A stretch of 63,951 bases of DNA, filler included, from Guillardia theta CCMP2712 (Eukaryota > Protista > Cryptophyta), in NCBI RefSeq assembly GCF_000315625.1. It is 8 parts of 6 records of this genome, joined end to end, with 100 filler letters (N's around TTAATTAATTAA, not from the genome) between each part and the next. Parts side by side here need not be neighbours in the genome. Positions count along the whole stretch, not along the records: positions 32,645 to 52,000 come from NW_005434645.1; positions 52,101 to 55,121 come from NW_005434529.1; 6 more parts are not named here. One strand, given 5' to 3'. Of the stretch, positions 35,973 through 52,733 are shown piece by piece. The first letter of the stretch is position 1; every line of letters begins with the position of its first letter. The translations under genes and the position numbers were made by a program. The notes below the pieces were generated by a model. The model saw only the letters and a list, made by a program, of their open reading frames with translations. It made no database searches and was not told where the DNA came from.

Positions 35973-36659
35973 GGAAGTGGATCACTACTGAGATGTTTGC
36001 AAGGACATGAGAAGGGTGGAGGAAGGTGTAGGAGAGACTGAGGGGGTCGTGGGGGAGGGGGGGCGTTGTCAACGAGGAAGGATCAGGACATGAAGTAGAG
36101 GGAGCAAAGGAGCGAGGGTGCGAGGGAGGAAGGGAAGGACAAGGAGTGTCGTCCTCTACCTTGCCACCCTGCCATGTCGGCGGCGCTGGCGCGCATGACC
36201 CATGCATTGATCGGGTTCATGGCGGTTGGGGTGTCAAAAATGGGAAAGGGTGGGGGTGAATGCTCAAGGGGTACTTTTGAAGGCAATGAAGGGGGTTGAG
36301 ATGCACATTCAGTGAATGAGGGGGTAGGGGTACGGAAGGCTTCTACGACACCCGCTCTCCAACTCCTCTTACCTCTGAAATCTGCTCGTTGCTCCTGCCA
36401 GTAAGACGGCGGTAGGAGGAGCACTATCGCGCTGGATCACAGAGAGAACTGGAGAGCAGCAGGCGTGTGAACTGACTCGTCGTTCCTTCCAACTACTCTC
36501 CCTCGACCAACAGCAGCAGCCCTCAGGGGAACACGTGAAGCAGGACCACACATCGACTCGAGAGGGAGATGCTCTGAAAGCTGATTTACATAATCTTCAA
36601 CTTTTAATGATGGCCGGCCTCCAATCTGAGATCATTGTCAGGCGACCAGCAGGCATTCA

Positions 36660-37392
36660 CAGCTTCAATCACCTCGTCCTTCCCATGTTGCTCTTGTCCC
36701 CCTCGAACCTGCAAGCCATGTCAGCGACATCGGGCAGCTCTCAGGGACCAGACCTGTCTGGGGAGGTGATGGTTGACATGACAGCAAATCCAGCCAGAGC
36801 GATAAGAAGAAGAATAGACGTTCTGACGCAGAAACGTCACACACTCCCAACACGAGGATGAGAGGCTTACGCAAGCAGTCCGGTGAGGATGGAGGCTGTG
36901 AAGTACTTCCCGAGGCCGAGGGCGATGAGGAGGACGAGAGTCTGGTGATATGTCAGCCGCACAATGAGAACTACAGCCAACATGGTCCTCACAATGTAGG
37001 ACATCGCCCAGAACGCGTAGTTCCCTCCGTAGTCATACTCGAAGTAGTAGAGGAAGAAGTAAACCGTCCACATGATCCCGAAGGTGATCTGTTCGCACTT
37101 GCCCGTCAGCATACACACTTCCAACAGTCAGTCTCCCACCAGGATGCCGTAGTACATCGCTCTGAAGCCGGTTTTGACCTCAGGGGTCTGCGTGGTGGTC
37201 ACTTCCGCAAGCTCCCTGGAGAACCATGTGAGCAACAGTCAACAGCACGGATCGCTGGTCGTACTTGGCAGGTGGTGCGTGAACGGCATGATCGTCGGAG
37301 GATCTGAGAGACTTTCCCGCCTGCCTGGCTTCCAGAGAGACGAAGGCGGCGCAGAGGATACAAAGCACGAGGAGGCTCCTTAACCTTGACAT
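36660..37392 (-). CDS. Signal-peptide membrane protein of unknown function (3' end approximate)
   Basis: MSRLRSLLVLCILCAAFVSLEA signal peptide; several hydrophobic segments (ITFGIMWTVYFFLYYF; AFWAMSYIVRTMLAVVLIV). Confidence 0.5.
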
Positions 37393-39139
37393 CTGGATGC
37401 AGCGGTCAGACCACCTCTTCTGAACCAGCATGTGTTGAGCTTCAAGCTCTCGTTTCATGTCTCTTCTGCCGCGGGGGGTCTCACGTTTCACTCTCGTATT
37501 ACGATCGCACAGCGCAAACGTAGATAGTCTAATCCAACCAATCTTTGTATCTCCACTATGGGCAACATTGCAACAACCTAAACATGAAGCAACCTACGAA
37601 TTTCTTTGCAATGAGATAGAAACTTGCTCCATGTTCCACCTCTCTCCCCACCAAGTGACATGAACCCTTACTGCCAACTCAGTGCATGAAGCAAAAAAGC
37701 ATGACTACATGCATGCCGTTGGAATGAAGTCAATGACTCCCCTGCGCTGGCAGACACAGACATGAACTGAGCATCGATCACTTCAACGTCGGTTTGCAGT
37801 TCACGCTGCCTTCTGACTAGCTTCTCTCGTTCCTTGATCACTTTCAACGAGAACCCGCCCAAACCACAGGCCCTTCTCACCAACTCAGCACCCATGTCTT
37901 TCCTCTCAGCCGATTGTCAGCTTGTCTCCCATTCCATACTGCTCACTCTGATCAACATTCTCGCTATCCCACACAGACTATCCTCTCCCTCCCCTCCCTT
38001 CCCTCCCATTCCTCCCAATCGAACTGGCTCGCGGCCATGGCCGTCCGCAGACGTAGAAGGCTAGTACCAGAATCGATTCGTACAACGTAAATCGGTACAA
38101 ATGAACTACTGAAAATTACAATAATGTTGTAGAGATAAAAAACTCTGTACTGAACTGGTTTTATCTAATACAAAATCACAAAAAAAATAACTATAAATGA
38201 TGAATAGTAGAGATATTCTATAGTAATTTCGTGGAAATGGAACAAAGTATTTGTAACATAAATACTTTGAAAAGGAAGAAAGATTATTGGGTAAATTTAT
38301 CAATAACACTAAAATGTTTTATTTATCGAACAACTATATTTTATAAATCCTATTTTGATCCCTGAGGCAGGCCGCTTTATAGGAGTCCGCCTCAGACTCC
38401 AAATCTATAAAACAATTGTAAATTATTAGTTTACTGGGTCTTGCCAAGCCAGTTCGATGCGCCCAGTCCTTTTCCATGTTGGAACGAGGAAGAGGAAGAG
38501 GAAGAGGAAGAGGAAGAGGAAGAGACAGAGACAGAGACAGAGACAGGGACAGAGACAGGGACAGAGACAGAGACAGAGACAGAGACAGAGACAGAGAATA
38601 GACAGAGACAGAGACAGACATTAGATGTAGACTGATAGACTCAGAAAGGGATTGGGAGGCTAGGGGAGGGGAGGAAAGGAGTGATGAAACAGAATGACGA
38701 GGCAAATGTTGAGACAGTTGAAGGTACTCAAGTGGACATGGAGGAACGACCAGCGTTTAGCGACTCGATTATCGGGAAAAACCAGAGAAGGGCAGATGGA
38801 GTGGTGGAGTAAAAACGAATGACCAGAAGGGAATGAACTGAAGTTTGTTTCTTTGGAATAAATGTATTTATGCAGATCGCGGACTCGAGAACATCGATCT
38901 TTACAGTCTCTTCTGCTTGCTGAAAAGTGTAATTCTAATATAGAACACAACATGGGAATGGCAGGATCCAGAGGGAAAATGCCTGCAAACGTCAACGGAG
39001 TCAAAGAAGAGGTCGTTGATGGTTGTAGAGGCAGATTTGGCATTAGCAGAAGCAAGCCCTGAAAGATTATCATTGGAATGAGAAGTGAATCAGGGATGGG
39101 AGAGTGGTACGTCAATCGTTGGAGCTGACATTGCTGTCA

Positions 39140-41987
39140 ATGTCTGTGAACAGGGCCACTATTATCTTGGCGTTTTGGTACAGCATGCTCGCTGCTGAAA
39201 ACAGAGAAATCGGAAATTTCTACTCGACGCTGCGGTTTGACTCGAAGCCGATGCGTTTAAGGGGGGGGATAATTCAGGAAGACCTGCTGCTATCTGCGGA
39301 ACTGGAAGAGCTGTGCCAAATCTTGGAAGGGAACGAAACGACTCCAGCCACCTTGGCAGAAACTCAGAGAGAGATCGCAAAAATCGCGGACGATATGAGG
39401 ATAGACATGGAAAAGTTCAGCAGCCGCATTGAGAACATGACCCGAAGAGAGGAGCAGTGGAAGGGAAGAAAAGATGACAAGAGCGAGACGGATTTAGGGG
39501 AGACGACCGAGGTTGAGTCTAGGAATGTCAGCGATTACTTTGAAGAGATCAAGCCTGATCCCGACAATCCGAAAAATCCTCTCCTGTGCGCAACGATGTT
39601 GAGGCAGGTGTCTGAATACGTCTTGTATCCTCTTGCTGCCACTGACCTGCCTGCTGTCTGTAGCCTGTTGGACTCCCGCGTTCTGTCCTGACTGGCAAGA
39701 GGAAAATTGGATACGTTGCGCAACAGGGCCAGCCTTGCTTTGATGCAAGTGGACTGTTTTCGGACAGCGATGAGCCTAGGAAAGATACGGTACGGAAACG
39801 TTCTAGTTGGAGGAGTGAGCTGAGATGGCCACAAGGTGGCAAAGTTAGCTGGTTGGGATACGGAGGTAGCGAATCTCACTTTCAAGATCCACGGGAAGGA
39901 TGTCAGCCGTAGAGAGTACAAGGCGTACCGGAGGTCGCTGAGGGCGAAGGGCCTGCTGACAAGAGAGGAAAGCAGCTCCTGGTCCACTAGCAGCATGATA
40001 TATGGGATAGACCAGTGGGAGGAGGACATCAACAAGATCCGGCGAAACGAGGAGCAGGCACGTGCCCTCATGGCTGTCTCCTTGTCCCTTCAAGGTGATG
40101 CTTGCTGTTCAGTCGAAGCGTGGAGAGGAGCTGGTGAAGAAGCTGGGGAAGTTCAACTTGAACGACACGTATGAGCTGACAGGTCGCCCATGGTGGAACC
40201 TGTCCTTCTCGGAGTCCTCAAGCTCCTTGTCACGTGTGAAAGAGAAAACGGCGCTGGTTGATCCGGCCAGCGAGTCAAGTGAAGATGACAGCATCAGCGA
40301 CTTGTTTCCCAACATGACGGCAGGTTTGGGCTTCTTCTGCTGGTTTCATTGCTGACTTGTCTCTGGCAAGGGGATTGGAATGCCACGATCAACTCCTCTC
40401 TTCAAGGTGATTCGCTCTTCCGATTGCCTTCCTCAAAGGATATGATGAGAGGATTTAGAGAAGCAGTGGAACAAAGTTCTCAACCTTCACACCAAGATGC
40501 CATCGATCCAAAGGTTCCTTCGTCGTTCGGAAGAGGAAAGCTACCGAGATCATGGGTGGTACCGCGAGGACGACGGTGATGATGACATATTCATCGCAAG
40601 GTGACTCGGAGGGGAGTCGGGGGGGCGACTGAGTCAGATCAGGGGAGACGCAGTGTCCAGCAGCTCGAGCGACAGGAGAGTCCAGGAGGAGGTGCAGGTG
40701 GGTCAGTTGAGGTGCGGAAGCTAAGGGGTTGACACGGCGTTGACAGTCTCTGCTGAATATCTCCAACAAGGAAGCGGCCGAGGTTGCAGACGACAGGACG
40801 TACATCTCCATGAGCTCGGAGCCCAACGACGGCCTCTTGGAGAGGGCAGTAGACACACACTCGACCAGAGTCCTGGCAGCAGGTAGAGGAGGGGAGCGGC
40901 CCTGAGATCAGTTGACCTTGCTGACCTTCAGATGTCGAGGAACGCGATCTTGACGAGCCGATGTTATCCTGCCTCTTGCATTTTGGCGTCCGTGTGATGG
41001 TAACAGCGTCTGTAGGCAAAGTCAAGCCATCGTGCCGCAGTCGGACTCGTCCTCGTCATACTCCACTTCTGCTCCAGGGGAATATTCCTCGAGCTCAATA
41101 CGGCAGAGCGACAGGCAGTTTGTCTACTCAGACTTCAGCCAGTGAGGAGGAGGGAGGAGGCAGAGGAGTTGAAATGTGATCCTCGTCCCAGCCTGAGCTC
41201 TGAAACGCGACGGGACCTGACGGCGTGGAAGGTGAAGCTTCCCCGCCTGCCCGCCCGCCTGTCTCAGCCTGAGGCCCGTGCAGGACAACTTGAGGCAGGA
41301 GTCGCGTCTGTTCCGAGACCGGCGCAACCGCGGTAAAGCCCTGGCCACTTCCGTCATGACTCGTTGACGTTGCTGGACCAGTCGATATCAAGAACGAGAT
41401 GTGGGCTCAAGATGCGAGAATGGAGATCATCCTCAAGGACTATCCCAACTGCACGGTCGAGGAGTACAGGGAGGTGAACGTCGACGGTCTTGCCAAGTCG
41501 CCCTCTTGTCACCTCTGCTTTCTACAGATCAAGGAGGGCCTCGCCCAGCTCAAGGTCAACCCCTTCCCTCCCCACCCCCCCGCCTCTTTCCTGCTCCTTA
41601 CTCCTTCTTTCCCCACAGTCGGATGCCGTCCTGTGCTGTCCCGCATGCTTCACCATGTTCGCTCTCGACACCAAGAGGTGAAGGAGATGGGCAGGAGCGG
41701 CAGACTGAGACCTCGGGCAGGGACATGAACAGATGCGAGTTCTACGTTGCTATGTTCGTCATCAACTGCAAGGTGGACGAGGAAGTGTCTAAGATGGAAG
41801 AACTCCTGGAAGATGGGTAAGGACGGGAGAGCATCGGCGAGTCGAGCCCTGACCGCCAGTCAGGTTCGAAATCGACGAGTACCGACCTCTATGGAAGGTA
41901 TACTGCAGCAACTGCCATGTGCATGTCGCCTTCAAGGACCAAGAGGGCTTGTACCACTTCTTCTGCGCCCTGCCATCTTCAGCATGA
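39140..41987 (+). CDS. Protein with a C-terminal EAPP_C-like (E2F-associated phosphoprotein) Zn-binding domain and a long N-terminal extension
   Basis: SDAVLCCPACFTMFALDTKR|CEFYVAMFVINC...YRPL...VYCSNCHVHVAFKDQEGLYHFFCALPS*. N-terminus is hydrophobic and followed by MRLRGG. Confidence 0.65.
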
Positions 41988-42823
41988 CAGGAAGTTCTCT
42001 GCTCGAAGACAGAAGGAATGTTCTACTTCGTTTCTCTCCTCCTCTCTCCTCCATCTTCCCACGCTCGACCTCCCTTGTACCCTTCCCATCCCGACTCGCC
42101 CGTTCCTCGGATCGCATGCACGTCCATGGGTGTGTTTGCTATGATGGATGGCTGTATAAAGTGCTGAATGAAACTGTTTCCTATGAGTAACACAAGCCAA
42201 CGATTTACAATAGTGAGAGTAAAGCTGATATCCAATATTCCAATTCCCCCTCCCCCCTNNNNNNNNNNNNNNNNNNNNNNNNNNNNNNNNNNNNNNNNNN
42301 NNNNNNNNNNNNNNNNNNNNNNNNNNNNNNNNNNNNNNNNNNNNNNNNNNNNNNNNNNAGGAGGAGGAGGAGGAGGAGGAGGAGGAGAGGAAGAAGGAGA
42401 AGGAGCAGAACAAGACAGCGAGATGAACATGTTCAAAGAGGAAACGTGGAGATAAGAGATGATGCAAGTGGAAAGAGGGGAGGGATAATGGGAGAGCAGA
42501 GCAGGGAAGGAACAGGGAGGAGACACGACTGGGCAGGGCAAGGGGGGAAAGCTTCATGGAAGGGTTAGGAGGAGGAAAGGAGGTCAAACTTGAGGTGCTA
42601 GCCCGTGAATGTGAAGAGAGGAGGCTGTGAGATCGTGACGGTGAGAAGATAGCAAGGGATGGTGTATGTGGGTGAAAGTGCTGTCTGCACCGTGTTGAAG
42701 GAGGAGGAGACTGGAAGAGAGGAGGATGGATCAGGAGAGGTCGAGCTCTCATCCTTGCAGAGGCGAGATGAAGGGATGTGCTGTGCTCTACTAAGTTGTC
42801 TGAACCGTGCTTCTGATGCTGCA

Positions 42824-44060
42824 GGGCGAACGGGTAAAGGCCATCCTCTTCACGAGGAAGAAGGAGACTCCCGGGCTGTGGATCAGACTGGCGGAGGCGC
42901 TGGGGGAGGAAGTCGCGTTCGGGGAGGTGAAGGATGATGAAGCCTCGCTGCTCTCCCGCTTTCACATCGACGAGAACTCGCTCCCTCAGATCGTCGTGGT
43001 GTGCCCGAAGCAGCCTGAGAAGGAGACGGTCGTGACCTACGAGGGCCCGTCAGACTTCGAGCACATCCTCGAGTTCCTGTCCACTTCCGTGCATGGAGGC
43101 AAGAGAGCGCTGGAGTTGAGGAGGAGAGTCGATGCGCAGGGGGCCGAGATCGGATCGCTGAGGGCTGAGCTGCAGGAGGCGAGGGAGGCGCTCAAGGCTG
43201 CGCAGGCGGAGGTTGCCCGGTTGAGGGTTGCCCAGATGGGTCAGATAGAAGCAGCGAAGAAGCAGCTGGAGGCGGAGCTGGAGGAGTCGAGGGTACGGGA
43301 GGACAAGCTGGTGCACGAACTGCAGGAGGCGAAGAAGAAGCTCGAGAGCGAGGGAGGGGAGCTGAGACGGGAGCGGGAGAGCCTCGTGCTGCAGATCAAG
43401 AACCTGGAGCAGATCCAAGCGGCTGTTGTGCTCCTCCTCAACAGCGAGAACATCGACGATTTCTTCAGCTCCAAGTTCCGTCCTCTCAAAGCCATCCTCT
43501 TCACGACCAAGTCGGAGATCCCCCCTCTCTGGAAGCAGCTGGCGGAGGCCCAGCAGCAGACCACCTCCTTCGGCGTCGTTAAGCACGTGGAGACAGAGCT
43601 GATGTCCTCCTTTCGGCTGCAGGAGCAGGACCTCCCTCGAATCTGCGTGTACAGGGAGGGGAGGGAGAGGGGAGTGATCTACGACGGGGAAGTGAAGCTC
43701 GAGGCTCTGATCAGGTGGCTCCGGCCCTTCTGCGCGATGGCTGGACTCTGACGACCTGCTTCGCAGCTTCCTGCAGGACGCGTTCGAGGGAGGGGACACC
43801 ATGATCGCCATGCGGCAGGAAGTGCATGCGGCCACGAGGAGGATCGAGGAGTTGACGGCGGAGCTGAAGGAGGCTCGAAGGTGAGTCTAGTCGTGTGTGT
43901 TCCGCAGCAGGCTGACGATGCTGGCAGGAGCTTGGAGGAGGCAGCAGCCAACGAAAAGGAGTGCGCGAGCTGCGAGGGGCTGCGAGCTCTGATGACTGAG
44001 GCTCGGTCGAGGGCGGAGGCCTTGCGGAAGCTGCTGGAAGGAGAAGAGAAGTCACCCTAG
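42824..44060 (+). CDS. Protein with two non-catalytic thioredoxin-like folds alternating with coiled coils; 5' end lies upstream or in the gap
   Basis: Internal repeat KAILFT(R/T)K.E.P.LW..LAEA.....FG.VK...LP.I...YEG/YDG; no CxxC; Glu/Arg-rich coils. Stop TAG at 44058-44060. Confidence 0.7.
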
Positions 44061-44826
44061 AAATAAACCCTAGAAGTAAACCCTAGAAATAAACCCTAGA
44101 AATAAACCCTAGAAGTAAGCCCTAGAAATAAACTGTCCTAGAAATGAAACCTAGAAATAAACCCTAGAAGTAAACCCTAGAAATAAACCCTAGAAATAAA
44201 CCCTAGAAATAAACCCTAGAAATAAACCCTAGAAGTAAGCCCTAGAAATAAACCCTAGAAATGAAACCTAGAAATAAGCCCTAGAAATAAACCCTAGAAG
44301 TAAACCCTAGAAATAAACCCTAGAAATAAACCCTAGAAATAAACCCTAGAAATAAGCCCTAGAAGTAAACCCTAGAAATAAACCCTAGAAGTAAACCCTA
44401 GAAGTAAACCCTAGAAATGAAAACTACAAATAAACCCTAGAAATAAACCCTAGAAATAAACCCTAGAAGTAAACCCTAGAAATAAACCCTAGAAATAAAC
44501 CCTAGAAGTAAGCCCTAGAAATAAACTGTCCTAGAAATAAACCCTAGAAATAAACCCTAGAAATAACCCTAGAAGTAAGCCCTAGAAATAAACCCTAGAA
44601 ATGAAACCTAGAAATAAGCCCTAGAAGTAAGCCCTAGAAATAAACTGTCCTAGAAATGAAACCTAGAAATAAACCCTAGAAATAAACCCTAGAGATAAAC
44701 CCTAGAAATAAACCCTAGAAGTAAACCCTAGAAATAAACCCTAGAAATAAACCCTAGAAGTAAGCCCTAGAAATAAGCCCTAGAAATAAGCCCTAGAAAT
44801 AAACCCTAGAAATAAACCCTAGAAAT
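44054..44826. repeat. 13-bp telomere-like satellite (ACCCTAGAAATAA)n, ~59 units
   Basis: Seen directly; each unit contains TAAACCCTA. Confidence 0.97.
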
Positions 44827-45244
44827 ATTATTATTGTTATTATTATTATGTGAGTTTATTAGAATGCTAGAATGTTGTTTGAGCCGCTTATCGGCTCTCA
44901 CATAACAATCCCAGTCTAAAGAGGTGCGCGAGTACGGGAAGTACACGGTCTAAAGTGCTAACACTGCGGCTTCTGAGGTCTCTTTCTTCTTTAGGTCGCG
45001 TCGTGGAGGAGAGTGAAAGCCTGGGAGGGCTAGAAATCAAGCCACGTTAGAGATTTCCTCTGGTTAAAGTTCGAAGTCGCCCGCCAGTCATGAAAGTGGT
45101 ACTTGACAACTGTACTTGACAACTGCACTCAGTTGACAACTGTACTAGTGCCAGCCGCTGAGCGGCCCGCCCTGCAGCCCGCCCCGGCAGCCGCCCCGGG
45201 CCTGGTGCGTGAGCGGGGATGTGGTTTGCAATAGCATATAAGGA

Positions 45245-46452
45245 ATGGCGCGACAGGTCGGGGGCAGGTTGCAGGAGGTGCGAGGCAAGATCGAGGCGCT
45301 TGCTCGGGAGCTGAACAAGGAGATGGCGCGACTTGTTGCTGTGAGCAAGCTGATGCCCAACGAGGCCATCATGGAGGCCTACGAGGCCGACCAGCGACAC
45401 TTTGGTGAAAACTATGTCCAGGAGATTTGCGAGAAGGCTCCGCAGGTAAGGAGAAAGACACGAGACGAGCGCTGAGGTCATGCGAGGAAGAGAGCCCAAG
45501 ATAGATGAGTGAAAAGAGTAGACATGGATACTCCTCTGTCCTCTCTCTCCCTTGAAACCGCTAGACTTGAACTGAGTTTGTCACAGCTCCCTTCGGACAT
45601 CAAATGGCATTTCATTGGCCACTTGCAGTCGAACAAGGCCAAGATGCTCGTGCAAGGTGTTCCAAACCTCTTCATGGTGGAGAGTGTGGATAGCTCGAAG
45701 CTCGCAAACCAGCTGGACAAAGCTTGTGATGCAGTGAAGAGAGACTTGCTGCAGGTGATGCTTCAGGTCAACACCAGCAAAGAGGAGTCGAAGTCAGGAT
45801 GCGAGGCAGAGGAAGCAGCAGCGATCGCTAGCCACATCGTGAACAACTGCAAGCGCCTGAAACTTGCCGGACTGATGACGATCGGGAAGCTGGGAGACCC
45901 GAACCCGGAGCCTTACTTCAAGAAGCTTGTCGAGTATTCCCAGCCCTCCGCCCCCTGCGACCTTCTCATCCCCCTGGGTGCAGGTGCCGTAGCATGATCG
46001 CCAAGGAGCTCGGAGTCGAGGAGTCTTCTCTCCTTCTGAGCATGGGGATGGTGAGAACACGACTCTCACTGAACATGGAAAGACTTTCTTGACACTCTCA
46101 ACACAAGAGCGGAGACTACGAGCTTGCCATCCGCATGGGCAGCAATAACGTGAGAGTCGGTTCGACCATCTTCGGAGAGCGACCCCCTAAGGTTACATCC
46201 TCTCAACTCATCGGACATGCCCTGACGGCCTCTATGGCGCAGGAGAAGTCCGGCGGGGAGCAGGCCAGTCCAGCCGTGAGTGGAGGAGCAGCAGACAAGG
46301 CAGCTGGTCAGGAGGGGACCGTGCTCGCGACGGAGGGGTCTTGGTTCCAGCAGACCACGTCCTGGATCCTTCGACATCCTCTATCCGCTGCCTCTTGCCT
46401 GGCGCTGGCGGCCACTTGCGCTTATCAGCTCAGGAGACTCAAGTTGGCCTAG
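45245..46452 (+). CDS. PLPBP: Pyridoxal-phosphate homeostasis protein, YggS/PROSC family
   Basis: [46 protein letters not shown]|[22 protein letters not shown]; about 5 exons. Confidence 0.95.
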
Positions 46453-47785
46453 GTAACCACGGACTGCTCCTGGGGGGCAACACGGCAGGGACAGATCCTA
46501 GTAGTGTCCGGATGCCAGCCTGAAGAACGGAGCTCAGCGGCCATGCTGACTAGACCATCACAGCTTGCACCTGTACATGAGAAGTAGGACTCTTTCTCGT
46601 TGATCAAACACTTGCCTGCAGAACATGTCAGCCGTGCTCCTGCCGTATCGCTCATCGCACACCGAACATCTCTGTGTTGGATTGTGCTGAGACGTATGCT
46701 GGCTGGTCGTGGCCGTAGTTCTTCTCGCAGGTGTTCTTGCATCTGAGACGCGAACCCAGTCAGGTGGGAAGTTGTCAGGACAGCTCATACGGGAAGTTCT
46801 TCTGGAGGACCTCGCACGTGTTGATGCTGGTTATGTACCTGAAGCATCTCTTACAAGGCTCTGGTCCTTCACCTCAGCACCTCATACCTTGTGTCGCATC
46901 GCTTGCCAACACTGGAGCAAACCTCCGCGCAAGACTCTCCTTGCTTCCCCACGGTGACCTGAGGAGGTTTCACTAGCGGAACGAGCATCAGGAGGGAGAC
47001 CGCAACGTCTGCAGGGAGCGTGTTGCTCAAGATGGAAGGAGAGAGGCAGAATCGCTTCTCGCTGATGTACGCATTGCCGTGTACCGTGCTCTTGCTCGAA
47101 GTCCTGCAGCTCGCCCTACAGAACTCGAACGAGTCCTTGCGCTTGACGGCGTCGGCGAAGGTCTTCTTGTCCCTGGTGTCAGTCCTTCACCACATCGCAC
47201 ACCCTGCAAAGATCGAGGTAAACCTGCTGGCAGCCATGGCGGTGTTGCGAAGCTCGTCGTTGGAGGGGTTCAGGCAGCAGGAGACGCAGTTTTCGTAGTG
47301 GTCGCAGCACTGTAAAGTTCAGGCACAGGGGAGCGGGGGGAACATGGCGACACCTTCGTCTCTGCCTCGCAGCTGCGGCAGCTCCAGCGAGGTTCGGTTA
47401 CTTTCTTGGTATCGCAGCATCCGGTCTGATAGTCTACCTGGGGAGCCTCTTTACACGTTGTAGGAAGACTGATGAGAGGACAAACCTGGTCGACCGAGCA
47501 GAAGTAGCCCTGGGCAAGAGCCCGTCAGTGCTAGGAAGCAAGAGGAGAGACGCGAAGACAGGGAAGGGGAGGCGAGGTCAAGAGGGCAGGCGCCATCATC
47601 GTCGTCGTCGTCGTCGCTTCGTGGAGGAGAGTGAAAGGGAGGGAGGAGAGGAGGGCAGCAACCTGATCATCCACCACATGCTTCGGTCCTTGTACTGTGT
47701 TCCTGCACACGCTCCCTGACCCGCTGCTGGGCTCTAGCCCGGCCGCCAGCCCCATCATCGCCATAAGAATCAAGAGCGCTGCCAT
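46449..47785 (-). CDS. SPRING1/C12orf49 (SREBP regulating gene)-like Cys-rich secretory protein with a plant-type C-terminal Cys module
   Basis: Signal peptide; CRNTVQG...DDQ; GCC; CDHYENCVSCCL; FEFCRASCRTSSKSTVHGNAY; GKQGESCAEVC...FSCTG|WHPDTTRICPC. Confidence 0.85.
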
Positions 47786-48128
47786 GGATTCTGGACCACC
47801 TCCCCAATCATACCCATCCCATCTAGAGCAGATCTAGAGCACTTTCATGGTGGAGGCCGACGGAAGGGAGGGATGGAGGGGGGGGGGGAGGAGGGGGAGA
47901 GCAGGAGAAGAGGGAGGACAGGCCGGGGAGGGAGGCAAGGAGACAGGGTAGAACATAGAAGAGCATGATGAGCAAGTTGATGCGCGACAAGACAAGTTTG
48001 TAAGGGGGGATGATGGTGATGACGATGGAAAGAGGGGAGGGAGTATGAGCGTCTGGAGGGGAGACCTTGCGGGTTTCTCGTGCTCTGATACGCTGACATG
48101 ATTGTAGAGGAAGGAAGACAGAGGAAGG

Positions 48129-52000
<3,872 letters not shown>

Positions 52001-52100
52001 NNNNNNNNNNNNNNNNNNNNNNNNNNNNNNNNNNNNNNNNNNNNTTAATTAATTAANNNNNNNNNNNNNNNNNNNNNNNNNNNNNNNNNNNNNNNNNNNN

Positions 52101-52684
52101 GCAGAGCTCTGCTGCCGCATCACCCTCCTCCTCCTCCTCCTCCTCCATCGCCTCACCTGAGCGCTCTTGACGTCTGCTGACGTCATCTCGAAGTAAGAGT
52201 CCGGCACGTTGAACCTTCCTGGATCTGGTCCATCGTCCCTCCTCTTGAACACGAGAAGCTCCCTGCCACTCAACCTATCAGCTCCTCCTTGAACGACTCC
52301 TTCCTCATCCTCATCCTCTTCTCCTCCCTCGTACCCATTCACCTTCCTCATCCCTCCTCTTCCTCCTCCTCCTCCTCCTCATCATCATCATTTCGTCACG
52401 AACAACATTCTCTGTCACTTTGTACTTTTTCTTTCCCTCCACCTCTGCTTCCTTCCCCTCTCTCACCTATCGATTCTCCTGGCCTTGGGCGCTTCAGCCG
52501 TGGAAGGCGACCGGAGGGTCTGGAGCTCGCGGAGGAGGATGCTCTTCAGTTCCTGCTGACCTGTGAGAACTCGAGCAGAGCGACATTGACGTCACCGCAA
52601 GTTGGAATTGAGACCCGTCGGTAGGGAAACGAAGCAGTTCCTGCTCGATGCAGACCTTGTCAAATACCTCCTCCTCCTCATCTT

Positions 52685-52733
<49 letters not shown>

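Noticed and set aside
38060-38440. AT-rich island with a small hairpin (possible Helitron or MITE)
   Set aside because: No convincing termini or TSD; probably plain intergenic DNA.
44054-44826. Possible CRISPR array
   Set aside because: Contiguous 13-bp units with no spacers, no cas genes, and a eukaryotic context.
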